64,000 nucleotides of DNA. It comes from an uncultured Methylocystaceae bacterium (lineage in GTDB: Bacteria; Pseudomonadota; Alphaproteobacteria; Rhizobiales; Beijerinckiaceae). Of the stretch, positions 9,442 through 18,982 are shown in pieces (position 1 is the stretch's first letter; the number at the start of each line of letters is the position of its first letter). A program made the position numbers and the translations under genes. Below the pieces are notes generated by a model, which saw only the letters and a program-made list of their open reading frames with translations, was not told the DNA's origin and did not search any database. The stretch is taken from NCBI GenBank assembly GCA_937870755.1, contig CALMZV010000176.1, forward strand, positions 818 to 64,817. Direction: 5' to 3'.

Positions 9442-10595
9442 CCCCACACCCTGCGCGCCGTTTCCACGATCAGATCGAGCTTGCGCCATTGCGCGTCCAC
9501 GCTCAGCGCATTGCCGCCGATGCCGGATGCGAAGCCGCATTGCGGCGACAGCGCGAGCTGGTCGAGCGGGCAGAATTTCGCGGCGGCGTCGATGCGCCGG
9601 CGCAGATCGTCGATCGTCTCCATCTCGCCGCTCTTGGTGGTGACGAGACCGAGCACGACGATCGTTCCCTTGCGCACGAAGCGCAGCGGATCGAACGAGC
9701 CCGCGCGCTCGCTGTCGTATTCGAGCAGCAGCCGGTCGAATTTCAGTCCGCCGAACACCGCTTCCGCGATGGCGTCGTAGTGGCCCTCGCGATGCCACAT
9801 GCTGGCGCGGTTGCCGCGGCAGATGTGCAGGCCGAACACCGCCTTGCCCTGCAATCCTTCGATCACCGCGTTGTCGGCGTCGATCGCTTCTTTGAGATTC
9901 TTCAACGGATCCTCGCCGCGCGCGGCCATGCGCTCGAGCGTCGGCGGATCGACGTAGCCGGTGAAGCTCGGCTCGTCGATCTGCACGTAATCGCAGCCTT
10001 CCGCGACCAGTTCCTCCACCATGCGGCGCTGGATGGCGACGACATCAGCCAGAAACGCGGCGCCGTCGGCGTAGACCGCGCGCGAGCCGGGGATGTCGCA
10101 CATCTGGCGCACGCGGTCCGGCCCCATCAGCGTCATCTTGACCGGCCGCGTCGCGACCTTTTCGAGAAAGCGATATTCGCGCGCGGGAAAGCTCTCGACG
10201 AGTTCGAGCCGGCCTTGCGCGGGGATCTTGAACGATTCCACCGCGTCCCGTCCGCGCTGCATGGGCTGCTCTCCTTCGCCGAGATTGTCGGGAAACTGGA
10301 GAAAGTTGCGCCACGCGCCGTCCCACAGATCCCAGCCGTCGACTTTCGAGAAGCTCACCTGCCAGTTGAGCCGGCGATATTCGCCGTCGGTCACGACCGG
10401 CAGCCCATGGCGTTCCTGCTCGTCGACGATGGCGGCGATCGCGGCGTCCTGCGCGGCGACGAGGGCTGCGTCGTCGATCTGCCCGCGCGCGCGTCGCAGA
10501 AACGCGGCCTTCAGATCCTCCGGCCGCAGCAGGCTGCCGACATGGTCGACGCGAATGTCGCGCGCCAGCTTCTTTCGAGCGGTCTCGTTGGTCAT
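9438..10595 (-). CDS. cobalamin-independent methionine synthase II (MetE C-terminal domain-like) family protein
   Basis: ORF 9438..10898. Start at 10595 (MTNETARKK...) follows a GGAGGA RBS. VDHVGSLLRP..., DYVQIDEP and LHICRGN segments are typical of the COG0620 single-domain family. Confidence 0.75.
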   Translation of the reverse strand: MTNETARKKLARDIRVDHVGSLLRPEDLKAAFLRRARGQIDDAALVAAQDAAIAAIVDEQERHGLPVVTDGEYRRLNWQVSFSKVDGWDLWDGAWRNFLQFPDNLGEGEQPMQRGRDAVESFKIPAQGRLELVESFPAREYRFLEKVATRPVKMTLMGPDRVRQMCDIPGSRAVYADGAAFLADVVAIQRRMVEELVAEGCDYVQIDEPSFTGYVDPPTLERMAARGEDPLKNLKEAIDADNAVIEGLQGKAVFGLHICRGNRASMWHREGHYDAIAEAVFGGLKFDRLLLEYDSERAGSFDPLRFVRKGTIVVLGLVTTKSGEMETIDDLRRRIDAAAKFCPLDQLALSPQCGFASGIGGNALSVDAQWRKLDLIVETARRVWG

Positions 10596-10710
10596 GTTTC
10601 CTCCTCGCCCCTGTCGTCGTGAGGCGCGCGCCTGTAGGATCGGCGCGCGGCCGCACGAACGCAAGGCGGCGCAGCCGCGCAACGCCGCCCGCCGGCACCG
10701 AGAACGGACC

Positions 10711-11571
10711 ATGACAGCGCCCCTGTTGCCGCCGCGCATCGACACGCTCGCCGACGTGCGCGCGCTCGACCGTCTCGCCCGCCGTTTCGAGACGCCGTGC
10801 GGCGACGGCCGCATGGTCTGGCGCGCATGGGGCGAGGGCGCTCCGGTCGTTCTGCTGCACGGCGGTTCGGGCAACTGGGCGCATTGGGCGCGCAACATCG
10901 CGCCGCTGGTCGCGGCCGGGCGCGCGGTCTATGCGCCGGACCTGCCGGGCTGCGGGGAGTCGGCGGATCTGCCCGTCGGCCACGATGGCGACGCCCTGCC
11001 GCCATGGATCGAGAAGGGCGTCGAAACGCTCGTCGGCGACGCGACGTTCGACCTCGTCGGCTTTTCGTTCGGCGGCATGGTCGCGGGGTTCTACGCGGCG
11101 GCCTTTCCACATCGCGTGCGCAGGCTCGTGCTCGTCGGCGCGCCGGCGCTCGCGCGCGAGCCCGGTCCGAAACCGGACTTGCGCGAATGGCTGCGCCTGC
11201 CGGAAGGGCCGCAGCGCGAGGCCGCGTTCCGCCACAACCTGCGCGCGCTGATGGTCGCGCGCGACGAGACGGTCGACGATCTCGCGCTCGGCCTCTACGT
11301 GCAGGGCCTGCGCGCCGACCGGCTCACCAGGCGTCGCCTTGCGCGCACCGACATCCTGTCGCGCACCATGCCGCATGTCGCGTGTCCCGTCTGGGGCATA
11401 TGGGGCGAGGACGACGTTCTGTGCCGGGGGCGGTTCGACGCCATCGAGGCGGGCGCACGAAAAGCGCCCCATTTTCGCGTCATGACGCGCATTCCGCGCG
11501 CCGGCCACTGGGTGCAGTTCGAGGCGGCGGAGGCGGTCGACGCGGCGCTGGCGGATTGTCTGAGCCTCTAG
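10711..11571 (+). CDS. alpha/beta hydrolase
   Basis: In-frame ATG at 10711 inside track ORF 10093..11571. [10 protein letters not shown] oxyanion region, GFSFGG nucleophile elbow and C-terminal AGHWVQFE histidine region. Confidence 0.75.
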   Translation: MTAPLLPPRIDTLADVRALDRLARRFETPCGDGRMVWRAWGEGAPVVLLHGGSGNWAHWARNIAPLVAAGRAVYAPDLPGCGESADLPVGHDGDALPPWIEKGVETLVGDATFDLVGFSFGGMVAGFYAAAFPHRVRRLVLVGAPALAREPGPKPDLREWLRLPEGPQREAAFRHNLRALMVARDETVDDLALGLYVQGLRADRLTRRRLARTDILSRTMPHVACPVWGIWGEDDVLCRGRFDAIEAGARKAPHFRVMTRIPRAGHWVQFEAAEAVDAALADCLSL

Positions 11572-11638
11572 GGGCGCAGTTGCGCGGACCTGCGTTTCCC
11601 CGTATTGCGCCGGGCAGCGATCAACCGGAGCCCGCCCC

Positions 11639-12679
11639 ATGAAGACCCCGCGCAAATTCTTCGAGCCGCTCGCCATCGGCGCCCCGCAGCCGCCGCGCGA
11701 ACTGCCGGTGAAGGTGGAGCGGATGATTCATTTCGTGCCGGCGCATCTGGAAAAGGTCCGCGCCAAGGCGGGTGAGCTGGCGAAAACCGTGGACGTCATC
11801 CTCGGCAATCTGGAAGACGCCATTCCCGCCGACGCCAAGGAGGCCGCGCGCAAGGGCTTCATCGAGATGGGCCGGACCTTCGACTTCGGCGACACGGGGC
11901 TGTGGACGCGCATCAACTGCCTCAATTCGCCCTGGGCGCTCGACGATGTGACCGAGATAGTCGCGGCGATCGGCGACAAGCTCGACGTCATCATGCTGCC
12001 CAAGGTCGAAGGACCGTGGGACATTCATTATCTCGACCAGTTGCTCGCCCAGCTCGAGGCGCGCCACGCCGTGCGCAAGCCCATCCTCATCCACGCCATT
12101 CTGGAGACGGCCGAAGGCGTGAAGAACGTGGAGCAGATCTCGCTGGCCTCGCCCCGCATGCACGGCATGAGCCTCGGTCCGGCGGATCTGGCGGCCTCGC
12201 GCGCCATGAAGACCACGCGCGTCGGCGGCGGCCACCCGGAATACAAGGTCATCGCGGACCCGGTCGAAGGGCAGGCGCGCGCGAGCGTGCAGCAGGATCT
12301 GTGGCACTACACGGTCGCGCGCATGGTGGACGCCTGCGCGTCCGCCGGCATCAAGAGCTTCTACGGACCCTTCGGCGACATCGCCGACGAGGCGGCCTGC
12401 GAGGTGCAGTTCCGCAACGCCTTCCTCATGGGCTGCGCCGGCGCCTGGTCGCTGCACCCCTCGCAGGTGGCCATCGCCAAGCGCGTGTTCTCGCCGGACC
12501 CGAAGGAAGTGGCTTTCGCCAAGCGCATCCTGGAGGCCATGCCGGACGGCTCGGGCGTGGTGATGATCGACGGCAAGATGCAGGACGACGCCACCTGGAA
12601 ACAGGCCAAGGTGATCGTCGATCTGGCCCGCCAGGTCGCCGCCAAGGACGCCGACTACGCCAGAATCTACGGGTTCTGA
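11639..12679 (+). CDS. HpcH/HpaI aldolase-citrate lyase family protein, malyl-CoA/beta-methylmalyl-CoA lyase (Mcl)-like
   Basis: 346-aa ORF. From memory, the length and sequence ([11 protein letters not shown]...LGNLEDAIP...[15 protein letters not shown]...GPADLAASR...[23 protein letters not shown]) resemble the about 348-aa Mcl type. I am confident of the family but less so of the exact activity. Confidence 0.65.
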   Translation: MKTPRKFFEPLAIGAPQPPRELPVKVERMIHFVPAHLEKVRAKAGELAKTVDVILGNLEDAIPADAKEAARKGFIEMGRTFDFGDTGLWTRINCLNSPWALDDVTEIVAAIGDKLDVIMLPKVEGPWDIHYLDQLLAQLEARHAVRKPILIHAILETAEGVKNVEQISLASPRMHGMSLGPADLAASRAMKTTRVGGGHPEYKVIADPVEGQARASVQQDLWHYTVARMVDACASAGIKSFYGPFGDIADEAACEVQFRNAFLMGCAGAWSLHPSQVAIAKRVFSPDPKEVAFAKRILEAMPDGSGVVMIDGKMQDDATWKQAKVIVDLARQVAAKDADYARIYGF

Positions 12680-12738
12680 GGGCGGGCCGGCGCGGGGCCC
12701 GATTGACCGTTCCCGTCGCCGGTCTTATCTCATCGCCG

Positions 12739-13077
12739 ATGGGAGAAACGCGCGACAGGCTGGCGAAATTCGGCATAGGGCAGGTGGTCCGGCACCGCCG
12801 CTATCCGTTTCGCGGCATCATCTACGATGTCGACCCGGTATTCGCCAACACCGAGGAATGGTGGCTGTCGATCCCGGAAGAGTTGCGTCCGCGCAAGGAC
12901 CAGCCGTTCTACCATCTGTTCGCGGAAAACGCGGAAACCGAATATGTCGCCTATGTTTCGGAGCAGAACCTCGTGCCCGACACGTCCGGCGAGCCGCTGC
13001 GCCACCCGCGCGTCGGTGAAATGTTCGTGCGCGACAGGAGCGGCGCCTATCGCCTGAAAGGCGCGCAGGCGCACTGA
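12739..13077 (+). CDS. hspQ: heat shock protein HspQ / hemimethylated DNA-binding (YccV) family
   Basis: In-frame ATG at 12739 in track ORF 11902..13077. AKFGIGQVVRHRRYPFRGIIYDVDPVF...PFYHLF...YVSEQNL is the characteristic HspQ sequence. Confidence 0.85.
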   Translation: MGETRDRLAKFGIGQVVRHRRYPFRGIIYDVDPVFANTEEWWLSIPEELRPRKDQPFYHLFAENAETEYVAYVSEQNLVPDTSGEPLRHPRVGEMFVRDRSGAYRLKGAQAH

Positions 13078-13107
13078 AGCCTTGCGGGAGCGTTTTCGCG
13101 CCAAATG

Positions 13108-13138
13108 GAAAACGGCCGCCCGAGGGGGCGGCCGTTTC
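13108..13138. terminator. bidirectional GC-rich hairpin between convergent hspQ and ialB-like genes
   Basis: GAAAACGGCCGCCC-GAGG-GGGCGGCCGTTTC is a perfect stem, with A-run/T-run flanks on both strands. Confidence 0.75.
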
Positions 13139-13154
13139 GCGTATCGGGTCGCGC

Positions 13155-13913
13155 TTACTGTTTCGGCGCGGGGGCGGGCGCAGGCGCCGGAGCCGGGGCG
13201 GCGCCGGGCGCGGGGGCGGCGCCCTTCTGCGCCTCCAGCTTCTTGCGCTCTTCCTCGGCGCGCTTCTGCAACTGTTCGGTCAGCTGCTTCTGCTGCTCTT
13301 CCAGAACTTTCGGGTCGATGGCCGGACCGTCGAACGCCTTGCCGAACCCATCCATCGGGGTGGTGAAGGTCACTTCCGCATTCACCTGGTTCTTCACCGA
13401 AACGTTGAGGGCGGTCGCCTTCTTCATCGCGTCAATGGTGGCGGCTTTCACCTTCGCTTCCGCGAAACAGCCGTTGGGGAAGCAGATTTCGTACGTGCCT
13501 TCGATGGTCGCGCCCTTGTCGGCGCTGAAGCGGATGCCGGGACGCAGCATGAGACCGATCGGCATCAGAAAACGCACGATCTTCGTGTCGTCGCCCTTGA
13601 TGTCGTAGACGGCGATGGCCAGCACCGGCGGCTGGTCGGCCTGCGTGCCGTAGTCGCGCGTGGTGTAGCAGACTTCCTTGCCCGCGGTCTGGTCCTTGCC
13701 GCAGACCTTGGTCCATTCGGCCTGGGCGGGCTTGAGGTCCACCTTCATCGGGCCGGTGGGCGCGGCGGCCGGCGGCGCGCCGGCGGCGCCGGGAGCGGCC
13801 GGGGCCGCGGGAGCGGCGGGCTTCGGCGCAGGCGTCTGGGCGAGAGCCGCGCCCGAAACCGACATGGCGCCGGCCGCGAGAACCGCGCCGAGGAGCTTGG
13901 TCTTGGAGAACAT
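13155..13913 (-). CDS. invasion-associated locus B (IalB) family protein with Pro/Ala-rich N- and C-terminal tracts
   Basis: ORF 13155..14129. Start MFSKTKLLGAVLAAGAMSVSGAALAQ gives a signal peptide. The core ...WTKVCGKD...CYTT...ICFPNGCFAE... is typical of IalB. The tail is APAPAPAPAPAPKQ. Confidence 0.8.
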   Translation of the reverse strand: MFSKTKLLGAVLAAGAMSVSGAALAQTPAPKPAAPAAPAAPGAAGAPPAAAPTGPMKVDLKPAQAEWTKVCGKDQTAGKEVCYTTRDYGTQADQPPVLAIAVYDIKGDDTKIVRFLMPIGLMLRPGIRFSADKGATIEGTYEICFPNGCFAEAKVKAATIDAMKKATALNVSVKNQVNAEVTFTTPMDGFGKAFDGPAIDPKVLEEQQKQLTEQLQKRAEEERKKLEAQKGAAPAPGAAPAPAPAPAPAPKQ

Positions 13914-14163
13914 GCAGAATCCTTTTCGTCTGATGGGCCGCTGACCCGGCCCACGAACTCGGTCGGAACGCGCCGCACAACACCGCCCGGCGCGCCCCTC
14001 ACGCGGCGCACACGCGCTCATCATCCGCGAATGCGGCGACAAATTGACGAGGGTGCATAACGCTTTTGGCAAAAGAAGGCTAGATCGCGATGCGCCGCAA
14101 CCCGCCGCCCGCGTGCGCCGCGCGGCCACTGACGCGCCGCTTTCCCTCGCTTAGACTGTGGCA

Positions 14164-16032
14164 ATGACATTCGAAGCGATTCGGCTTTCCCGACGCGCGG
14201 CCCTCGGACTGGCGGCCGCGACGCTCACGCATGCGACGGCCGCGCGCGCGCAGTCGGCGGCCGCAGCCGGAGCGGTCCGTCCGTTCGGCGCCGGCATCGT
14301 CGCGCACGGCCTCGCCATGCATGGCGCGCCCGCGCTGCCGGCCGATTTCGCGCATCTTCCGTATGCGAACCCGCAGGCGCCGAAGGGCGGGCGCGTCAAC
14401 GTCGCCTTCTCCGGCACCTTCGACAGCCTCAATCCCTACAATCTGAAATCCGGCTCCGCCGCGCAGGGGCTCGCCGGCAACGTGTTCCAGACGCTGATGG
14501 CGCGCTCGCTCGACGAGCCGTTCACGCTCTACGGGCTGATCGCGCAATCGATCGAGACCGACGACGCGCGTTCCTATGTCGTCTTTCGCCTGAACCCGGC
14601 CGCGCGCTTTTCCGACGGGCAGCCGATCACCGCCGCCGACATTCTCTTCACCTTCGACCTGCTGAAGACGAAAGGCCGGCCGCAGCAGCGCATCGCCTAC
14701 GGGCTCGTGCGCAGGATCGAGGCGCTCGACGACCACACGATCCACTACGATCTGTCTGGCGCCGGCGACCGCGAACTGCCGCTGACGCTGGCGCTGATGC
14801 CCGTCCTGCCGAAACATCGCGTGAACGTGGAGCGGTTTTCGGACTCGACGCTCGAGATTCCCGTCGGCTCCGGCCCCTATGTCATCGCGGGGCTGAAGCC
14901 GGGCGAGGAGATGATCCTCAGGCGCAATCCCGAATACTGGGCGCGCGACCTGCCGATGATGCGCGGGATCGCGAATTTCGACGAGGTGCGCATCGCCTAT
15001 TATCGCGACGCCAACTCGATGTTCGAAAGCTTCAAGGCCGGCCTGATCGACTATCGCGACGAGGGCAATCCCACGCGCTGGACGACGGGCTACGATTTTC
15101 CCGCGCTGCGCGACGGGCGCGTGCGCCGCGAGCAGCTGCCCATCGGCGCGCCGCGCGGCATGGAGGGGTTCGCCTTCAATACGCGCCGCCCGCTCTTTCG
15201 GGATGCACGCGTGCGCGAAGCGTTGCAGACGATGTTCGATTTCGAATGGATCAATCGCAACCTTTACGCCGGACTTTACACGCGCACGGTCAGCTTCTTC
15301 GACAATTCCGATCTGTCCTCCATCGGCAAGCCGGCGAGCGCGGCCGAGCGCGCGCTGCTTGCGCAATATCCCGGCGTCGTGCGCGCCGACATTCTGGAAG
15401 GCGCGTGGCGCCCCTACAGGACGGACGGCACGGGCCGCGACCGCGAACAGGCGCGGCGCGCGCTGGCGCTGATGAAGGACGCGGGCTGGGACGTGGACGA
15501 CGGCGCGCTCGAAAAGAACGGCGCGCCGTTCCGGTTCGAGATCATGGTGGTCGACCGCAATCAGGAGCGGCTCGCGCTCAACTATGCGTCGTCGCTGGCG
15601 CGCATCGGCGTCGCCGCGCGCGTGCGCACGGTGGACGAGGTGCAATACCAGCGTCGCCGCCAGAAGTTCGATTTCGACGTCATGCTCGGCACGTGGACGG
15701 CGTCCGCCTCGCCCGGCAACGAGCAGCGCATGCGCTGGGGCGCGTCGAGCGCGAGCCAGGAGGCCTCGTTCAATCTTGCCGGCGCCTCCGCCCCCGCCAT
15801 CGACGGGCTGATCGCCGCGATGCTCGCGGCCCAGTCGCGCGAGGAGTTCGTGACCGCGGTGCGCGCTTACGATCGCGTGCTGCTATCGGGCTTTTACATC
15901 GTACCGCTGTTCCACACGGCGGTGCAATGGTGCGCGCACTGGAGCCGCATCGCGCGTCCGCAGGCGACGCCGCGCTGGGCCGCGCCGCTGTTTTCCTCCA
16001 CGCTCGACACGTGGTGGAGCGCCGCGCCATGA
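14164..16032 (+). CDS. ABC-transporter family-5 extracellular solute-binding protein (YejA-like)
   Basis: ORF 14158..16032 (ATG at 14164) with a Tat/Sec-like leader RLSRRAALGLAAATLTHATAARAQ. About 620 aa with the typical YejA-like layout. No permease or ATPase genes are adjacent. Confidence 0.8.
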   Translation: MTFEAIRLSRRAALGLAAATLTHATAARAQSAAAAGAVRPFGAGIVAHGLAMHGAPALPADFAHLPYANPQAPKGGRVNVAFSGTFDSLNPYNLKSGSAAQGLAGNVFQTLMARSLDEPFTLYGLIAQSIETDDARSYVVFRLNPAARFSDGQPITAADILFTFDLLKTKGRPQQRIAYGLVRRIEALDDHTIHYDLSGAGDRELPLTLALMPVLPKHRVNVERFSDSTLEIPVGSGPYVIAGLKPGEEMILRRNPEYWARDLPMMRGIANFDEVRIAYYRDANSMFESFKAGLIDYRDEGNPTRWTTGYDFPALRDGRVRREQLPIGAPRGMEGFAFNTRRPLFRDARVREALQTMFDFEWINRNLYAGLYTRTVSFFDNSDLSSIGKPASAAERALLAQYPGVVRADILEGAWRPYRTDGTGRDREQARRALALMKDAGWDVDDGALEKNGAPFRFEIMVVDRNQERLALNYASSLARIGVAARVRTVDEVQYQRRRQKFDFDVMLGTWTASASPGNEQRMRWGASSASQEASFNLAGASAPAIDGLIAAMLAAQSREEFVTAVRAYDRVLLSGFYIVPLFHTAVQWCAHWSRIARPQATPRWAAPLFSSTLDTWWSAAP

Positions 16033-16994
16033 CGGCCGCCGCGCAGCATCCGCTTGGCGCCTACGGTCTCGACATGCTCGCGCGCGGCGCGGCGCGACTG
16101 CGCGGCGGGCGGCTGGCGGTCGCCGAACACGGCGAAGGGGCCGGCGATGCGCCGCTGATCTATCGCGATCTCGATGCGCTGTCGGCCGCCTTTGCGGCGC
16201 GCGCGCGCGAATGCGGGCTGGGGACGGGCGATGTCGCGCTGATCGTCGGCGCCAATCGCATCTCCGTCATCGTCGCCGTTCTCGGCGCCCTGGCGGCAGG
16301 CGTCGAGCCGGTGCTCGTGCCCGCGCATGCCGATGCGCCCGCCTTGTCGTTTCTGGCGCGCTCGACCGGCGCGGCCGCGCTGTTCGCCTTGCTGGACTAC
16401 GACGAAGCCGATTGGGAGAGCGCGCTGTTCGAGGCCGCCGCGAGCGCGCCGGACGTGCGCGTGGTCGGCGCGCTTGCGGGCGAGGCCGGGGACACGATCG
16501 ACTTCTCGCTCGCCGCGCTGCAAGGGCGCGATACGACGGCGCCTCCCGCGCATGCGACAGCGCCGGGGCTGATCGGTTTCGCAACCCTGTCGCCAACGCT
16601 GCCGCCGCGTGTGGATCGCTTTCAGCAGAGCGCGCTCGTCGCCGAGGGTCTCGATCTCGTCGCGCAACTGGCGCTGTCGTCCGAAACGCCGATCCTCGCC
16701 ACGCTGTCGCCGGCCAGTCGCGCGGGCCTCGTCGCCGGTCCGATCGCCGCGCTGCTGTCGGGCGCGCCGCTTCATCTCGTCGGCCCCTTCGCGGGCGCCG
16801 ATTTTCTGGCGGCCGTCGACGCGCTGGATGGGTTCTGCCTTGTCGCGCCGGCGCCGGCGCTCGCCGATTTCGCGGCGGCCGGGGCGCTCGCCCGCGCCGC
16901 GAGCCTGGCCGTGCGCGGCCCGGTTTCGTCCGTCGATCTCGCGGGAGAAGCCGATTTCGCGGGAAAAATTGCGCGGCTCGACGCGCAGGCATAA
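16029..16994 (+). CDS. hypothetical protein resembling the N-terminal subdomain of ANL (acyl-CoA synthetase/adenylation) enzymes, motifs degenerate
   Basis: In-frame ATG at 16029 (ATGA overlap with the upstream stop) within track ORF 15246..16994. LIYRDLDALSAAFAARARECGLGTGDVALIVGANRISVIVAVLGALAAGVEPVLVP resembles ANL N-terminal regions. The P-loop position reads FATLSPTLPPRV instead of (Y/F)TSGTTGxPKG, and the protein ends after about 321 aa. Confidence 0.5.
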   Translation: MTAAAQHPLGAYGLDMLARGAARLRGGRLAVAEHGEGAGDAPLIYRDLDALSAAFAARARECGLGTGDVALIVGANRISVIVAVLGALAAGVEPVLVPAHADAPALSFLARSTGAAALFALLDYDEADWESALFEAAASAPDVRVVGALAGEAGDTIDFSLAALQGRDTTAPPAHATAPGLIGFATLSPTLPPRVDRFQQSALVAEGLDLVAQLALSSETPILATLSPASRAGLVAGPIAALLSGAPLHLVGPFAGADFLAAVDALDGFCLVAPAPALADFAAAGALARAASLAVRGPVSSVDLAGEADFAGKIARLDAQA

Positions 16995-17021
16995 GCTCGC
17001 CGCTCGGTTCGGGAGGCCGCC

Positions 17022-17678
17022 ATGTCCCAAACATTCGCAGTCGACATCGTGTCGGACGTCGTGTGCCCCTGGTGCTATGTCGGCAAGCGCAATTTCGAGG
17101 CCGCGCGGGCGCAAATGCCGGACGTCGCCTTCGAGGTGCGCTGGCGCCCCTACCAGCTCGATCCGACGATTCCGGAAGGCGGCGTCGATCGAAAGACCTA
17201 TATGGAGCGCAAGTTCGGCGGCAAGGCGAGCGGCATGCACGATCGCATTTCGCAGGCCGGCGCGGACGTCGGCATCGCGTTCGATTTCCGCGCGATCCGC
17301 ATTTCGCCCAACACGCTGAACGCGCATCGCCTCATCCGCTGGGCGCAGACGACCGGCGCGCAGGACGCGCTGGTGGAACGACTGTTCCGCGATTATTTCA
17401 TCGAGGGCCGCGACGTGGGAAACAGCGACGTGCTCACCGCCGCCGCGCGTGACTGCGGCATGGATGGCGATCTGGTCGCCGGCCTGCTCGCCGGCGACGC
17501 CGACCGGGCCGCCGTGCGCGACGAAATCATCGAAGCGCAGAACATCGGCGTGACCGGCGTGCCGTTCTTCATTCTCGACGGCGCCTTCGCGCTGGCCGGC
17601 GCGCAGCCGCCGGACGTGCTCGTGCGCGCGATCAACAAGGCGCTTTCAAGGCGCGCGCGCGCCGTAGAGACGCTGTAG
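17022..17678 (+). CDS. DsbA-family (FrnE-like) thiol:disulfide oxidoreductase
   Basis: 218-aa ORF. N-terminal VDIVSDVVCPWCYVGK (CPWC active site) and the C-terminal GVTGVPFFILDG motif. Confidence 0.85.
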   Translation: MSQTFAVDIVSDVVCPWCYVGKRNFEAARAQMPDVAFEVRWRPYQLDPTIPEGGVDRKTYMERKFGGKASGMHDRISQAGADVGIAFDFRAIRISPNTLNAHRLIRWAQTTGAQDALVERLFRDYFIEGRDVGNSDVLTAAARDCGMDGDLVAGLLAGDADRAAVRDEIIEAQNIGVTGVPFFILDGAFALAGAQPPDVLVRAINKALSRRARAVETL

Positions 17679-17793
17679 CGTCTGCGGTTTCAGCAGCTTA
17701 CGAAAATCCCGGCGCGGTCGTGCAATCGTCGCACGATTGATTATGTTGCATTGCACAATGCACATTCGAAATCGGCCGCGAAGGAGGGATGGC

Positions 17794-18735
17794 ATGGGCA
17801 TGATCGACCGCATTCGCGCAGGTTTCGCAGACGCGCGCCCGCGCGCCCTGTCGCTTGCGTTGCAGGGCGGCGGCTCGTTCGGCGCCTTCACCTGGGGCGC
17901 GCTCGACCGGCTGCTGGAGGACGAGCGCATCGCGTTCGACGTCGTCTCCGGCGCGAGCGCGGGCGCCGTGAATGCGGCGCTGCTGGCGTGCGGTCTGGCG
18001 GAAGGCGGGCGCGAGGGCGCGCGCGAGAAACTCGCCGCGTTCTGGAAGAGCATGAGCGCTGCGGCGTCGTTCCTGCCGCCGGCGGCGATGGGCGCGTTCG
18101 CGCGCGCGCTTTCGCCCTACCAGTTCAATCCGTTCGACCTCAACCCGCTGCGCCGCGGCCTGAACGCGGCCATCGATTTCGAGCGCCTGCGCGCAACCGC
18201 CGCGCCGCGCCTGATGATCGCCGCGACGCGCGTGTCGGACGGCGGCCTGCGCATTTTTCGTAATGCCGAATTGAGCGCGGACGTCGTGCTCGCCTCCGCC
18301 TGCCTGCCGCTGGTCCACCATGCGGTCGAGATCGACGGTGAGCCCTTTTGGGACGGCGGCTACGCAGCCAATCCGCCGCTCGTTCCGCTGGTGCGCGAAA
18401 CGCGCGCGCGCGATGTTCTGGTGGTGCAGGTGACGCCCACGCGCGCCGCGCGCCTGCCGAGGGATCGCGGCGATATCGTGCGACGACTGGAGCAGATCGC
18501 CTTCAACGCCACCCTCAATGCGGAGATCGAGGCTCTGAAACTCGCCGCCGGCTTGCGCGCGACGAAAAAACTGCGCGACATCCGCATCGACCGCATCGCG
18601 GCGGAGGACGAGATCGACGGCCTCGTCGGGCGCAGCGCCGGCGATCTCGGCTGGCGCTTTCTCGAAGACCTGCGCGACGCCGGCCGTCGCTCGGCCGACG
18701 CCTGGATTGCGGAGCGGGACGAGGGGCGAAGGTGA
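17794..18735 (+). CDS. patatin-like phospholipase family protein
   Basis: ORF 17737..18735. ATG at 17794 lies 5 nt after an AAGGAGGG RBS. GGGSFGAFTWG oxyanion motif, GASAG nucleophile motif and FWDGGYAANPP catalytic Asp motif. Confidence 0.88.
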   Translation: MGMIDRIRAGFADARPRALSLALQGGGSFGAFTWGALDRLLEDERIAFDVVSGASAGAVNAALLACGLAEGGREGAREKLAAFWKSMSAAASFLPPAAMGAFARALSPYQFNPFDLNPLRRGLNAAIDFERLRATAAPRLMIAATRVSDGGLRIFRNAELSADVVLASACLPLVHHAVEIDGEPFWDGGYAANPPLVPLVRETRARDVLVVQVTPTRAARLPRDRGDIVRRLEQIAFNATLNAEIEALKLAAGLRATKKLRDIRIDRIAAEDEIDGLVGRSAGDLGWRFLEDLRDAGRRSADAWIAERDEGRR

Positions 18736-18796
18736 GGACTGGAACGAACGCGCGGCCGACCTATATCGCAGGGGCGTATTGGAGGAGGAGCCGAAT

Positions 18797-18946
18797 ATGG
18801 CCAGTCTCGATCACGCTCCCGAAACCACGGACGACGCCGAATACGGCGTGCATCTCGCCAACTACCACGCGTTTCTGAAAGTGCTGTGGTACGCGGTCGG
18901 CGCGATCGCGGTCGCGCTCATGGGGCTCGCGGCCTGGGGCGGGTAG
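18797..18946 (+). CDS. aa3-type cytochrome c oxidase subunit IV (small single-TM protein)
   Basis: Internal ATG at 18797 after a GGAGGAGGAG RBS. The 49-aa MASLDHAPETTDDAEYGVHLANYHAFLKVLWYAVGAIAVALMGLAAWGG matches this small family as I recall it. Confidence 0.65.
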   Translation: MASLDHAPETTDDAEYGVHLANYHAFLKVLWYAVGAIAVALMGLAAWGG

Positions 18947-18982
18947 GCGTCGCCCATGCGGGCGGATGCGCCCTGAAGGGAC

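Noticed and set aside
10596-10710. Cobalamin or SAM riboswitch upstream of the MetE-like gene
   Set aside because: Only 115 nt separate the divergent genes, which is too short for a B12 element. I could not recognise SAM-II or B12-box consensus sequence on the minus strand.
13155-13260. Pro/Ala-coding low-complexity DNA (GCGCC/GGGGC repeats) at the 3' end of the IalB-like gene as a distinct repeat element
   Set aside because: It is explained by the in-frame APAPAP/AAPG tail of the protein. There is no independent repeat structure beyond codon-level periodicity.
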